Source: a virus
Taxonomy: Duplodnaviria > Caudoviricetes
IMG/VR virus record: IMGVR_UViG_3300031974_001518
Coordinates: 1 to 52,081 of that record
Direction: 5' to 3' (one strand)
DNA length: 52,081 nucleotides
Positions within the stretch are counted from its first letter, which is position 1. The number at the start of each line of letters is the position of its first letter. The notes beneath the pieces are model-generated. The model was not told the DNA's origin, searched no databases, and saw nothing but the letters and a program-made list of their open reading frames with translations. Below, one piece after another: positions 34,498 to 43,712 of the stretch. The position numbers and the translations under genes were made by a program.

Positions 34498-36111
34498 ATG
34501 GCAGAATTTGACCCGAATACAGTCACAGTAGGCGAACTAGCGAAGATCTACTCGGAAGAGCAGGAGCTTGTTAACCCATTAAACTTGGGCACTATCCTGA
34601 AAGAGTACAAAGATCAGCCTGCTTTGGCTTTTTTTGCAGAAGAAGAAGGTCAGCTTTCTCTAGCTCGTCAGGCGATAAAAGACGCTCAAGGGACTGCTAC
34701 TGAAAACGCCGTAAAGGGTGCGCTAAAGAACATGCGCTACCTGAGTAATCGTCTGTACAATGCATATGATAGAAATCCTCCACCTTTCCTTATCTCCAAC
34801 GAAAAGAACACACCGAAGATAGCTCAAGAGTTTTTTGGTGTCAAAGAGCCGCCAAAAGCTGTTTCGACGTTACAAGTAAACACAGATCCTGAAGTTCGTA
34901 AGCAGTACGTACAAGAACTCATGGACTACGCGGCGAATAACCCAGACAAGAAGCCCCACGTACGGGCGATTTTATTTGGACTAAATACCGGGTTCCGTCC
35001 TAATGCCAATATCGGTGTTACAACAGGACAATATATCCCTTCTAAAGGTGCGCTCTACATTCGTCCTGAAGTAACGGGAGCCAAAGGTAGACCTATCTCT
35101 GTTCCGCTTAATGATATTGCGGATTCGATGTTGCAACAACAACTCGCAGATTACAAGGACGCGATTTCATCTACTGGTAAAATTTGGGTAGATGCAGAAG
35201 GTAAGCCTTTAAAAACTTCCGATATTAACGCTGTTCTTGAAGAGATTAAAGTACCTAACCTAATTTACGATGAAAAGACAGGTGAATACTTCGACTCTTT
35301 TAAACCAAAGGATACTGATGGTACTAAATTCGGAATGTCTTTGTTCCGTAACTATCACACCGCGGTAGGTCGTAAGATCGGAATGAACGATCTCATTCTC
35401 GCCAAGCTACAAGGGCGGAGTACGAAAAGCTACGGTAAAGGCTCTACAGGTGAGTTGTCGACATATGACTCCAACTTCCCCGGTGATGTATCAGACTACG
35501 AGCGTGAGCAAGCCAACATGCTGACCGAAGAGTATGGTCCTGCTATTGAAACAGCAAAGAAGAATACCCGTAGCCTAGTCGACCCTACTTTCGACTTCGA
35601 CTGGGGTGGAGACTACGACACAGTCAAGACACGCATCACAGAGCGCACAGAAGGCTTTGGGAGCGACTATTTCAAACGAGAGGTAGTAGCCCCTTCCGAA
35701 ACGGCTACATCCGCTCCTAAGGCTCCTAAGGGGCTCACAGAGGAAGAGAAGGCCGGCGTTCTCAAAAGATTGACGGACTGGTCGAAGGGAGCTCTCGATA
35801 GCCCCACGACAAAAGCCATCGCTGGTATCGGTCTCACCGGTATGGGGATATCCGCCGCGCAAAGACTCGAAGCGGCAGAAGAACGTGTTTCGGCTGGTGA
35901 AGGCGAGATGCCTGCCTACCTCAAGGAAGGTGCACGGTTTGTTGCAGAAGAATTTACTCCTGCGGGGTTCGTTGAACCTGCGAAGGAAGTAATCGGTGCC
36001 GGTCTCAAAGCGGGGGCTGAAGCGGCACAGAAAGAAGCGGAAGAGAAGGGCATCTCCGGAGATATTGAAGCCCAGATCAGAAGCGTACTCGGAGTTCCCC
36101 CGCAGTTCTAA
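34498..36111 (+). CDS. Tyrosine recombinase-fold protein with a long C-terminal extension
   Basis: LNTGFRP (R167), GAKG (K196), ISVPL, SLFRNYH (R284), LQGRS and downstream Tyr (Y312/Y323), in canonical order. Confidence 0.65.
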   Translation: MAEFDPNTVTVGELAKIYSEEQELVNPLNLGTILKEYKDQPALAFFAEEEGQLSLARQAIKDAQGTATENAVKGALKNMRYLSNRLYNAYDRNPPPFLISNEKNTPKIAQEFFGVKEPPKAVSTLQVNTDPEVRKQYVQELMDYAANNPDKKPHVRAILFGLNTGFRPNANIGVTTGQYIPSKGALYIRPEVTGAKGRPISVPLNDIADSMLQQQLADYKDAISSTGKIWVDAEGKPLKTSDINAVLEEIKVPNLIYDEKTGEYFDSFKPKDTDGTKFGMSLFRNYHTAVGRKIGMNDLILAKLQGRSTKSYGKGSTGELSTYDSNFPGDVSDYEREQANMLTEEYGPAIETAKKNTRSLVDPTFDFDWGGDYDTVKTRITERTEGFGSDYFKREVVAPSETATSAPKAPKGLTEEEKAGVLKRLTDWSKGALDSPTTKAIAGIGLTGMGISAAQRLEAAEERVSAGEGEMPAYLKEGARFVAEEFTPAGFVEPAKEVIGAGLKAGAEAAQKEAEEKGISGDIEAQIRSVLGVPPQF

Positions 36112-36134
36112 AAACTTAGCTAAGGAATAATAAA

Positions 36135-36335
36135 ATGAAATACTCAGAAGCAGACATCATGAATGCTGATAAAAAAGGCATCGACTACAATTGTGGCGAA
36201 AACAACCTGTACCGTGAAAGTGCAGACTTCGACACAGTAGCAAAGACAGACGTATTGATCGAAAACGCACCTAAGTCAGGTAAGAGCGCACCTCTCGACT
36301 CTATGATCTTAAACTCAGATAAGCAACCTGTATAA
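36135..36335 (+). CDS. Small conserved protein upstream of portal
   Basis: AAGGA Shine-Dalgarno; 66 aa. Confidence 0.6.
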   Translation: MKYSEADIMNADKKGIDYNCGENNLYRESADFDTVAKTDVLIENAPKSGKSAPLDSMILNSDKQPV

Positions 36336-36347
36336 AGGTAATTAAAT

Positions 36348-38432
36348 ATGTCTGACGGGTTTATCCAACCTGCGGATGATGGACAGGTACAAGTCCAGAA
36401 CGCCGCGGAGCAAATGCCGGGATTAGCTGGATTTATCCAGAACCGGTTCGAGGATTCTGAAAATGGACGCCGCACGTTCGAGCAACGGTGGCTCCAAGCA
36501 TACAAGAATTTCCGCGGCATTTATGATTCATCTACACAGTATCGTGATTCCGAACGCTCCAAAGTGTTTATTAAGATCACGAAAACTAAGGTCTTGGCGG
36601 CTTACGGCCAGATCATCGACATTCTCTTCGCGAATAAAAAGTTCCCGATTGTGGTGGAGTCTACTCCCGTACCTGAAGGAATCGCAGAGTTTGCAAAGAT
36701 GCCGAGTCCTGTGGATCAAGTGTTGGAAGACCCGTACGGATATCCGGGGGATGGGCGTGAGCTCGAACCCGGTGCTACCCGTCTCGGTCCCTACTCCGCC
36801 AGTGGTGCGGTAGAGGGCAAAGCCCGTATCGGCGAGCCACAGGTAGAGCCAGCGGCTGAGGCGGCCCGCATACTCGAGAAGGTCATCCATGACCAGTTGC
36901 TCGACACCAACGCAGTGAACGTATTGCGTAACTCTGTTTTTGAAGCGTCACTTCTCGGTACGGGTATCGTGAAAGGGCCTTTCAACTTCTACAAGCGTGT
37001 CCACAAGTGGGAGCGTGATGAGGAAGGAAGCAGGATGTACACCCCGGATGAGAAGGTGACTCCACGTATCGAGCACGTCTCTTGTTGGGATTTCCACCCT
37101 GACCCCTCCGCAACGAGTATCGATGACTGTGAGTACGCTATCCAGCGTCACCGCATGAATCGCCAGCAGTTGCGTAACCTAATGAGTTTACCGTACTTCG
37201 ACTCCGTCGCGATTGAGAATGCGATTGTGAAGGGGCCGAACTACGAAGACAAGTACTACGAAGACACTATCCGTGAGGATGATACCGAGCCGTACTACCA
37301 AGAGAATCGGTATGAGGTTCTCGAGTACTGGGGAATGCTCGACGCGAAGCTAGCCCGCGAGGTTGGCCTTGAGCTCCCTGAGAATATTAACGAATTAGAT
37401 CAGGTGCAGATCAATGCGTGGGTGTGTGGCACGGAAGTTCTCCGTTGTGTACTCAACCCATTCACACCTGCACGTATTCCATTCCACGCTTTCCCTTACG
37501 AAGTTAACCCTTACCAATTGTGGGGCGTCGGAGTTGCAGAAAACATGGAAGATGCACAGATGCTCATGAACGGGCACGTGCGTATGGCAATCGACAACTT
37601 GGCCCTCGCAGGCAATCTCGTATTCGACGTGGATGAGGCAAGCCTCGTTCCCGGCCAGAACTTCGATATATTCCCCGGTAAGGTTTTCCGGAGACAGTCT
37701 GGCGTCACAGGTACAGCGATCAACGGGCTCAAGTTCCCGAACACTGCCCCTGAGAATATCCAGATGTACCAGATTGCTCGCCAGTTGTCGGATGAAGAGA
37801 CAGGTATCCCGAGCATCATGCACGGACAGACCGGTGTATCAGGCACAGGCCGCACCTCCTCCGGTCTATCAATGTTGATGAATGCAGGAGCGCAGTCAGT
37901 CAAGACAGTGATTAAGAACATCGATGACTACATGTTGAAGCCCCTCGGGGAAGCGTACTTCCAGTGGAATATGCAATACAACGATGAGTCGCCGGATGTT
38001 GTTGGGGACCTCGAGATCAAGCCACGGGGCACTTCGGCTGTTATGCAGAAAGAAGTTCGCTCACAGCGTCTCACAACTCTTCTCCAGACTGTTGCAAATC
38101 CGATGCTCGCTCCGTTTGTCAAGTTACCAAACTTGGTTCGCGAGCTCGCTATCGCACAGGACATCGACCCCGACCAACTCGTGAATGATGTCAATGAAGC
38201 CCAGCTATACGCTGAAGTACTAAAAGGTATGCAGAATGTTCAACAAGGAACAGGCCCAGAAGGTGGCCCCGCTGGTCAACAACCCGCAGGCATGGGAAGC
38301 CCTGACGGCTTATCTGGCGGATCTCCACCAGTTGACGCTTCGGGGGTTGGTAACAGCACAATCGGAACGGGAAATGTTCCAGTTGCAGGGGAAGATGGCT
38401 TTACTGGACAGCCTCCAGAGCCTCAAGGATAA
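36348..38432 (+). CDS. Portal protein
   Basis: 694 aa after TerL; WLQAYKNFRG, FIKITKTKVLAAY, DFHPDP, WGVGVAE, RMAIDN.ALAGN and GRTSSGLSMLM. Confidence 0.88.
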   Translation: MSDGFIQPADDGQVQVQNAAEQMPGLAGFIQNRFEDSENGRRTFEQRWLQAYKNFRGIYDSSTQYRDSERSKVFIKITKTKVLAAYGQIIDILFANKKFPIVVESTPVPEGIAEFAKMPSPVDQVLEDPYGYPGDGRELEPGATRLGPYSASGAVEGKARIGEPQVEPAAEAARILEKVIHDQLLDTNAVNVLRNSVFEASLLGTGIVKGPFNFYKRVHKWERDEEGSRMYTPDEKVTPRIEHVSCWDFHPDPSATSIDDCEYAIQRHRMNRQQLRNLMSLPYFDSVAIENAIVKGPNYEDKYYEDTIREDDTEPYYQENRYEVLEYWGMLDAKLAREVGLELPENINELDQVQINAWVCGTEVLRCVLNPFTPARIPFHAFPYEVNPYQLWGVGVAENMEDAQMLMNGHVRMAIDNLALAGNLVFDVDEASLVPGQNFDIFPGKVFRRQSGVTGTAINGLKFPNTAPENIQMYQIARQLSDEETGIPSIMHGQTGVSGTGRTSSGLSMLMNAGAQSVKTVIKNIDDYMLKPLGEAYFQWNMQYNDESPDVVGDLEIKPRGTSAVMQKEVRSQRLTTLLQTVANPMLAPFVKLPNLVRELAIAQDIDPDQLVNDVNEAQLYAEVLKGMQNVQQGTGPEGGPAGQQPAGMGSPDGLSGGSPPVDASGVGNSTIGTGNVPVAGEDGFTGQPPEPQG

Positions 38433-38463
38433 CCATAGGGCGGTGATCGACAATGGCGGTTAA
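38236..38463 (+). CDS. Small post-portal protein overlapping the portal C-terminus
   Basis: Amphipathic helical protein (LVNNPQAWEAL...EMFQLQGKMALLDSL) of the type found after podovirus portals. Confidence 0.6.
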   Translation: MFNKEQAQKVAPLVNNPQAWEALTAYLADLHQLTLRGLVTAQSEREMFQLQGKMALLDSLQSLKDNHRAVIDNGG

Positions 38464-40435
38464 CTACGGTAGCGGCTACAACATCTACTCCTCGATTCGG
38501 AACAAGATCCGGTCGAAGAAGGCGTACAAGAAGTATTACGGTGAGATGTCCGCTCTCTACGGTGAGCAACAGGCGGCGGAGCAGGCCGAGGCTGGAATGG
38601 GGGAAGACCCTACTCCGGGTCCTATCAGTAGGTCTACGCTCGGTGACGAAATACCCGGACAGGGTGCTGTTTCTGGAGCAGGTCCAGCAGGACCGGGACT
38701 CCCCGGACAGTTTTCGAGTATGATCGGAGGGACGTTTGCCAGTGGCCCCGGTGGCGCGATGCAAATATCGGCCGACCAGATTGGAAACATAAGTAGTAGT
38801 GCAGAGCAAATGACGTCGGGCGAGTACGCTATTTCTCAGGCGACCCCCTACGGTATTGGCGCGGATATCGCCAAAGCAACAGGTTTTGAAACTGCCGGTA
38901 TACTCGCTGAGAACCTCGTCTCTTTAATGGACGTTTCTCCCTTCGGTATGATCAGCGGCTTCATGGCTGGTACAACAGTTAAGGGACCCTACGGAAAAGA
39001 CATGGCAGTACCGGGCGGAATCCTCGGTGCCGTTGCCGAAATGAACATCAAGAACCAGTTCGAGGTTGCGGAAAAAATCAAGGCCGGCGAACTCGGCTAC
39101 CACCAGATGCGGGTCAACGGGTCACTGGTTTCCATTGTTCCCCAAACACTATTCGGCAAGCAACTCGGGTACGCTGTTCTCGGTACGTACAATGGAACAA
39201 GTCAGCAAGCGATCAACCAATATGCTTCGATGCAAGGGCTCGACCCCCGCACCGTAGATCTCGGGGCGAGTTCCGGACGAGTGGAGGGGCAACCCCTCGA
39301 TGGTTTTATTCAAGGGGTTGGCGGATTTACGAATGACGGAATGTTTGCGTCCCCCCTTACGGGTGAAGTGACGAGTGTTGCGGACTTTGATATGGGGGGA
39401 ATCCGCTCCCAAGTCGGTCTCGTGAATTCAGTATACGGTCCCGAGAAAGCAATGAACGTCGTGAATGGTCTTACGGGGTTGAGCGACAGCACTCGGGGAA
39501 GCCTTGCGGAGGGTATCGCGAGCGGTTCGTTGACTGCAAACCAAGTCGTTGACAATGATGGTAATGTAGTCGGCTTCTCTACAATGACTGGTAATGTTGT
39601 CCGCTCTGCGGATGGTATCGTGACCAGTGCGGGAGGTCGCCCTGTTACATCAGGCACAGGCATTATTAGTATTGAACAGGTGGAGAGAGCACAGGAACAG
39701 GCAGAGGCGGATGCATCGGGTAGTGGCTTAGGAATGGGAGTCGGTAGATTGCCCGGATACTCAACAATTTCTGGAAGAACTGGCATGACCACAACGGGTG
39801 CCGGGGAAGGAGCTTCTGTTTCATCCGGTAGAGGTACCGATGCGGCTAACGTGGATTCAGGTAGAGGGGGCATGGGTCCTTCTTCATCAGGCCCGAGTTC
39901 TGCGTCTGCTAGCCCAAGCGACGCTCCGGGTACTCCATTCGCTGAAGGCGGTGTAGTAAATCCTGCTGAGCAAGTCCCTCCCGGCGAAGCACCCATTGCT
40001 ACAGAAGCAGGCTTTGTTAAGACAGAACCCGAGAACGTATCTCCAGCAGAAACTATCGCTGACGATCAAGCGTTAGAGGTTCCGGAAGGTACATTCGTGC
40101 TCAATGCGGCCGCTGTCGAGTTCATGGGATCGGCTGATGTTAAGAAGATGATCTTGGATGCGATGCAAGAGGCTGAGAAGCAAGGTATTGACATCAAGCA
40201 GGATAACGCTAAAATAGCTAAGGAGGACCTTGTATCTTTGGTAGTATCCAAGGGTGAAGTGATTATTCCTCCCCAGCTTGCCGAAATCATCGGTTATGAC
40301 CGCCTAAATAAGATTAACAATCGTGGTAAAGCTGAAGTTCAAAGACGTTCAGACGAAAAGGAGCAGATGAAAGAAGCCGCTCCTACACCCCCAATTTTAG
40401 CAAAATCAGGTGGATTTATCTCCAAGCCCTCCTGA
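38453..40435 (+). CDS. Gly/Ser-rich putative virion protein
   Basis: 660 aa; FAEGG then ADD...EGTFVLNAAAV...SKGEVIIPP C-terminal domain. Confidence 0.6.
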   Translation: MAVNYGSGYNIYSSIRNKIRSKKAYKKYYGEMSALYGEQQAAEQAEAGMGEDPTPGPISRSTLGDEIPGQGAVSGAGPAGPGLPGQFSSMIGGTFASGPGGAMQISADQIGNISSSAEQMTSGEYAISQATPYGIGADIAKATGFETAGILAENLVSLMDVSPFGMISGFMAGTTVKGPYGKDMAVPGGILGAVAEMNIKNQFEVAEKIKAGELGYHQMRVNGSLVSIVPQTLFGKQLGYAVLGTYNGTSQQAINQYASMQGLDPRTVDLGASSGRVEGQPLDGFIQGVGGFTNDGMFASPLTGEVTSVADFDMGGIRSQVGLVNSVYGPEKAMNVVNGLTGLSDSTRGSLAEGIASGSLTANQVVDNDGNVVGFSTMTGNVVRSADGIVTSAGGRPVTSGTGIISIEQVERAQEQAEADASGSGLGMGVGRLPGYSTISGRTGMTTTGAGEGASVSSGRGTDAANVDSGRGGMGPSSSGPSSASASPSDAPGTPFAEGGVVNPAEQVPPGEAPIATEAGFVKTEPENVSPAETIADDQALEVPEGTFVLNAAAVEFMGSADVKKMILDAMQEAEKQGIDIKQDNAKIAKEDLVSLVVSKGEVIIPPQLAEIIGYDRLNKINNRGKAEVQRRSDEKEQMKEAAPTPPILAKSGGFISKPS

Positions 40436-40447
40436 GATACATATTCC

Positions 40448-40515
40448 GCGGCTACCCTGCAATCCCGCAGGCCCCGCTAATACGACTACGGCTACCCTCA
40501 GCCATGAGGCCCCGT
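40448..40515 (+). promoter_or_regulatory. Tandem structured RNA element in the scaffold leader
   Basis: Two units, GCGG-CTAC-CCTGC-loop-GCAGG-CC-CCGC and ACGG-CTAC-CCTCA-loop-TGAGG-CC-CCGT, with compensatory stem changes. Confidence 0.75.
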
Positions 40516-40531
40516 GAGATAGGAGAATAAA

Positions 40532-41419
40532 ATGGCAAAACCAAAAGGGCATCGCGCCAATAAAGCAAATGATAGCTTCGGTACAATCAACGACAACAAC
40601 CTATATCGTGGAAAGTATCGTGAAGAAGTCTATCAGGATGAAGACGAAGTAGCAACAGTTGAGGACCCCTCTCAAGAAGAGGCCACTCCCGAGACACAAG
40701 AAGATGTTAGCTTCGCAAAGCCCAGAGAAGAGTCAGATACTGACTATAAGAAGCGTTACGACGACTTAAAGCGTCACTACGATTCTAAACTTGAAGAGTG
40801 GAAAAAGGAACGCGAGGAAATCTCGAGTGCTCAACAAGTTGGCCGTGAACAAGGATTGAGTAATGCACAGCTTCCGAAGACTCCCGAGGAGTTGGACGAG
40901 TTCAAGCAGAAATATCCGGATGTCTACGCCATCGTTGAAACCGTATCTTCTCTCCAAGCGGAGAACAAAGTAAAGACACTAAAAGAAGAAGTCGAAACAC
41001 TCAAGGGTCGTGAGAAAGACCTGAAAGTGCAGGGAGCGTACAAAGAGTTGCTCAGTGCACATCCAGACTTTCCTCAGATCAAAGCGGATGAGAAGTTTTT
41101 GATGTGGTTGGATGAACAACCTCAGTCCATCGCAGATGGAATCTACAAGAACAACACAGACGCTAAATGGGCAATCCGCGTCCTCGATCTGTACAAAGCA
41201 GATAGTGGAATTGGCAAAAAGACTAAAAAGTCTCGAGATGTCGACCCAGCCGCAGTAGTCACAAGAACGGCTACGAAAGATGTGACTGGAGAAGCTCAGA
41301 CAGATAAGAAAATCTGGAAGGCTTCAGAAATTGGCCGACTCAAGCCGTGGGAATTCGAGAAGATTGAAAAAGAAATCGATGCCGCACGTGCAGAAGGCCG
41401 AATCGACTATTCACAATAA
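40532..41419 (+). CDS. Capsid scaffolding protein (putative)
   Basis: Acidic coiled coil directly before MCP; YKKRYDDLKRH, YPDVY, AHPDF and C-terminal ARAEGRI. Confidence 0.75.
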   Translation: MAKPKGHRANKANDSFGTINDNNLYRGKYREEVYQDEDEVATVEDPSQEEATPETQEDVSFAKPREESDTDYKKRYDDLKRHYDSKLEEWKKEREEISSAQQVGREQGLSNAQLPKTPEELDEFKQKYPDVYAIVETVSSLQAENKVKTLKEEVETLKGREKDLKVQGAYKELLSAHPDFPQIKADEKFLMWLDEQPQSIADGIYKNNTDAKWAIRVLDLYKADSGIGKKTKKSRDVDPAAVVTRTATKDVTGEAQTDKKIWKASEIGRLKPWEFEKIEKEIDAARAEGRIDYSQ

Positions 41420-41455
41420 CACTAACCTAACTATCTCATAAGGAAGGGTAATAAC

Positions 41456-42394
41456 ATGGCTTTTGATAGCGCATCAGGTTATAACAACCTGCCTTCAGGT
41501 AACTTTACTCCTGAGATCTTTTCTCAGAAAGTCCTGAAGTTTTTCCGTCGTGCCTCTGTTGTAGAGGATATCACAAACACTGATTATGCTGGTGAAATCG
41601 AAAACTTCGGTGACACAGTACGCATCATCAAAGAACCTACAATCACTGTATCTTCTTACTCACGTGGTGCTGTGGTAAATCCACAAGACCTCGCTGACGA
41701 CCAGATCACAATGGTTGTTGACCAAGCGAATGCTTTCGCGTTCAAGATCGACGACATCGAAGAGCGTCAGTCACACGTTAACTTTGAAGCGTTGGCTACA
41801 TCTTCAGGTGCGTTCTCTCTGAAGCGTAAGTACGATGCAAACGTCCTCCAAGCGATGGCTGACGGTGCAGGCAACACAGGTACCACTTTCGGTACAGCGG
41901 CCGCTCCTATCGACATCACTGGTACAGGCAACGAAGACGCTGGTGTTAACTTGATGTTAGCAATGGCACGTGCAATGGACGACGAGTCGATCCCTGAAGA
42001 AAACCGTTTCTTCGTAGCACCTCCTATCTTCTGGGAGAACCTGTTCAAGGCGGGATCTAAGTTTGCAGAAGTACAGGTAACTGGCGACGCAACTTCACCT
42101 CTCCGTAACGGTCTCGTTATGCAGGGCAACATTGCTGGCATGAACTGCTACAAGACAACTGCACTGAACAACTCTGGCACAGACGTCGTGACAATCACTT
42201 CACAGGATACTACAAATGACTTCGTAGTTATCGCTGGTCACATGTCTTCTACGGCGACTGCATCGCACATCGCTAAGACAGAAGTTGTCCGTTCAACAGA
42301 AACATTCAGCGACATTGTTCGTGGTCTTCACGTATTCGGCCGTAAGGTCTTGCGTCCAGAAGCCCTCGTACAGGGTGTCGTTAAGACTGACTAA
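41456..42394 (+). CDS. Major capsid protein
   Basis: FTPEIFSQKVL, ITNTDYAGEI..GDTVRI and DIVRGLHVFGRKVLRPE; strongly biased codon use. Confidence 0.88.
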   Translation: MAFDSASGYNNLPSGNFTPEIFSQKVLKFFRRASVVEDITNTDYAGEIENFGDTVRIIKEPTITVSSYSRGAVVNPQDLADDQITMVVDQANAFAFKIDDIEERQSHVNFEALATSSGAFSLKRKYDANVLQAMADGAGNTGTTFGTAAAPIDITGTGNEDAGVNLMLAMARAMDDESIPEENRFFVAPPIFWENLFKAGSKFAEVQVTGDATSPLRNGLVMQGNIAGMNCYKTTALNNSGTDVVTITSQDTTNDFVVIAGHMSSTATASHIAKTEVVRSTETFSDIVRGLHVFGRKVLRPEALVQGVVKTD

Positions 42395-42409
42395 GGGAGA
42401 CTTTGAATA

Positions 42410-42835
42410 ATGGCAACTTATCAATCATCTGCTGTTACCGGGCAGGCAACTAACATTCCTGCTGGTGGCGGTGCACACGTAGCTAAAGTCGTTCTTGACT
42501 TCTCTACAACTAACTTGGGCACTTCTGAGTCTATCGACGTTTTGGAAGTTCCTGCGGATACTGCTGTAGTTGGAGCTTGGTTAGAAGTTCTTACTGCGGG
42601 CGCAGGCGACCTTGACTTGGGTGACGACACAGACCCTAACCGCTACGTAGCGGCCTACGACGGTTCTGGCGCGGGTGTTGCACCTGCCGCTGGTACTGCT
42701 GGAGGTTTCCTCTACAATGCTGACGATCACATCGTGGTAACTAATGGCGCAACTGACGCTTTCACTGGAAAGATTAAAGTTGTAGTTGTTATGACACCAA
42801 TCGGTGGCGATCCTACTGCGGCGACATTCGCCTAA
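42410..42835 (+). CDS. Capsid decoration / minor capsid protein (putative)
   Basis: 141 aa beta-rich protein co-transcribed with MCP before the terminator. Confidence 0.55.
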   Translation: MATYQSSAVTGQATNIPAGGGAHVAKVVLDFSTTNLGTSESIDVLEVPADTAVVGAWLEVLTAGAGDLDLGDDTDPNRYVAAYDGSGAGVAPAAGTAGGFLYNADDHIVVTNGATDAFTGKIKVVVVMTPIGGDPTAATFA

Positions 42836-42844
42836 GTATGAGTT

Positions 42845-42866
42845 GGGGCCTTCGGGCCCCTTCTTT
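42845..42866 (+). terminator. Intrinsic terminator after the capsid genes
   Basis: GGGGCC-TTCG-GGCCCC-TTCTTT. Confidence 0.8.
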
Positions 42867-42887
42867 ACGTCAGCATCTCACGGGGTG

Positions 42888-42916
42888 TTGACATAAAGAA
42901 ATTTAGACTATAGACT
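42888..42916 (+). promoter_or_regulatory. Sigma70-like promoter
   Basis: TTGACA-17 nt-TAGACT. Confidence 0.7.
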
Positions 42917-42946
42917 CAAGACAACACCCGCCGGGGGTACATCCAC

Positions 42947-43180
42947 ATGGAATCAAAAGGGTATACCGAACGATTTGCGGAAGCTAGACAGTTAGCCGCA
43001 AAGGGCGGTAAGAAGACTAAGAAGAAAAAGAGTAACAAGATCTGCCCCGAAGGTATTGCGTGGGCAAAGCGCACTTTTGACACCTACCCCTCAGCGTATG
43101 CAAACCTAGCCGCATCCAAGTATTGCAAAGATCCTAACTACGCAAAGAAAGCCAAGGGCGGGAAACGTAAGGGTAAGTAA
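42947..43180 (+). CDS. Small basic protein
   Basis: CPEG.AWAKR.FD.YPSAYAN..ASK.C motif. Confidence 0.65.
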   Translation: MESKGYTERFAEARQLAAKGGKKTKKKKSNKICPEGIAWAKRTFDTYPSAYANLAASKYCKDPNYAKKAKGGKRKGK

Positions 43181-43470
43181 TGGGCGAGCTAGCTAAGTGG
43201 GTCAAAGACGATTGGGTACGCATCGATAGCGAAGGAAACATCGCTGGTCCGTGTGGAACATCCAAAGACAAGAAAAACCCAGACCGTTGTCTACCCCGTG
43301 CAAAGGCAGAGTCCTTGACCAAAGCAGAGCGCAAGGCTACTGCGGCTCGTAAGAAACGAGAAGGCGCGAAGGGTAAGACGGTTGTCGCAAACACCGACAA
43401 AGCAAAGGTGAGACAGAAAGCGGCAAAGGGTGGTTACACAGAAAGATGGAGTAAATCACGTGGCGGTTGA
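43180..43470 (+). CDS. Small basic protein (DUF5872-like)
   Basis: L.KW..DDWV.I...CG...RCLP.A motif. Confidence 0.6.
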   Translation: MGELAKWVKDDWVRIDSEGNIAGPCGTSKDKKNPDRCLPRAKAESLTKAERKATAARKKREGAKGKTVVANTDKAKVRQKAAKGGYTERWSKSRGG

Positions 43471-43708
43471 ATATCGTGGTGAGAAGTTCTCCGGGTACAA
43501 CAAACCGAAGAGAACTCCCAATGGTCCGAAAAAGTTTGCAGTATTAGCGAAGGTAGGCGACAAGGTTCGCCTTATTCGTTTCGGGGACCCCAATATGACG
43601 ATCAAGAAGTCTGACCCAGAACGTCGTAAGTCATTCCGTGCAAGACACAAGTGTGATACCGCAAAAGATAAACTGACCGCAAGATACTGGTCGTGTAAAA
43701 ACTGGTGA
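43460..43708 (+). CDS. Small basic protein
   Basis: GTG start with GGAG Shine-Dalgarno; GYNKPKRT...IRFGDP...RRKSFRARHKC...ARYWSC. Confidence 0.65.
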   Translation: MAVEYRGEKFSGYNKPKRTPNGPKKFAVLAKVGDKVRLIRFGDPNMTIKKSDPERRKSFRARHKCDTAKDKLTARYWSCKNW

Positions 43709-43712
43709 TCCA

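Noticed and set aside
34498-36111. Calling this gene a conventional integrase and the phage temperate
   Set aside because: Both catalytic His positions are substituted, the gene sits in the late operon, and no repressor or attP/tRNA-like site was recognised.
40478-40487. TAATACGACT, matching the first 10 nt of the T7 promoter
   Set aside because: It diverges afterwards (no CACTATAG), I saw it only once, no phage RNA polymerase is encoded, and it is simply the linker between the two hairpins.
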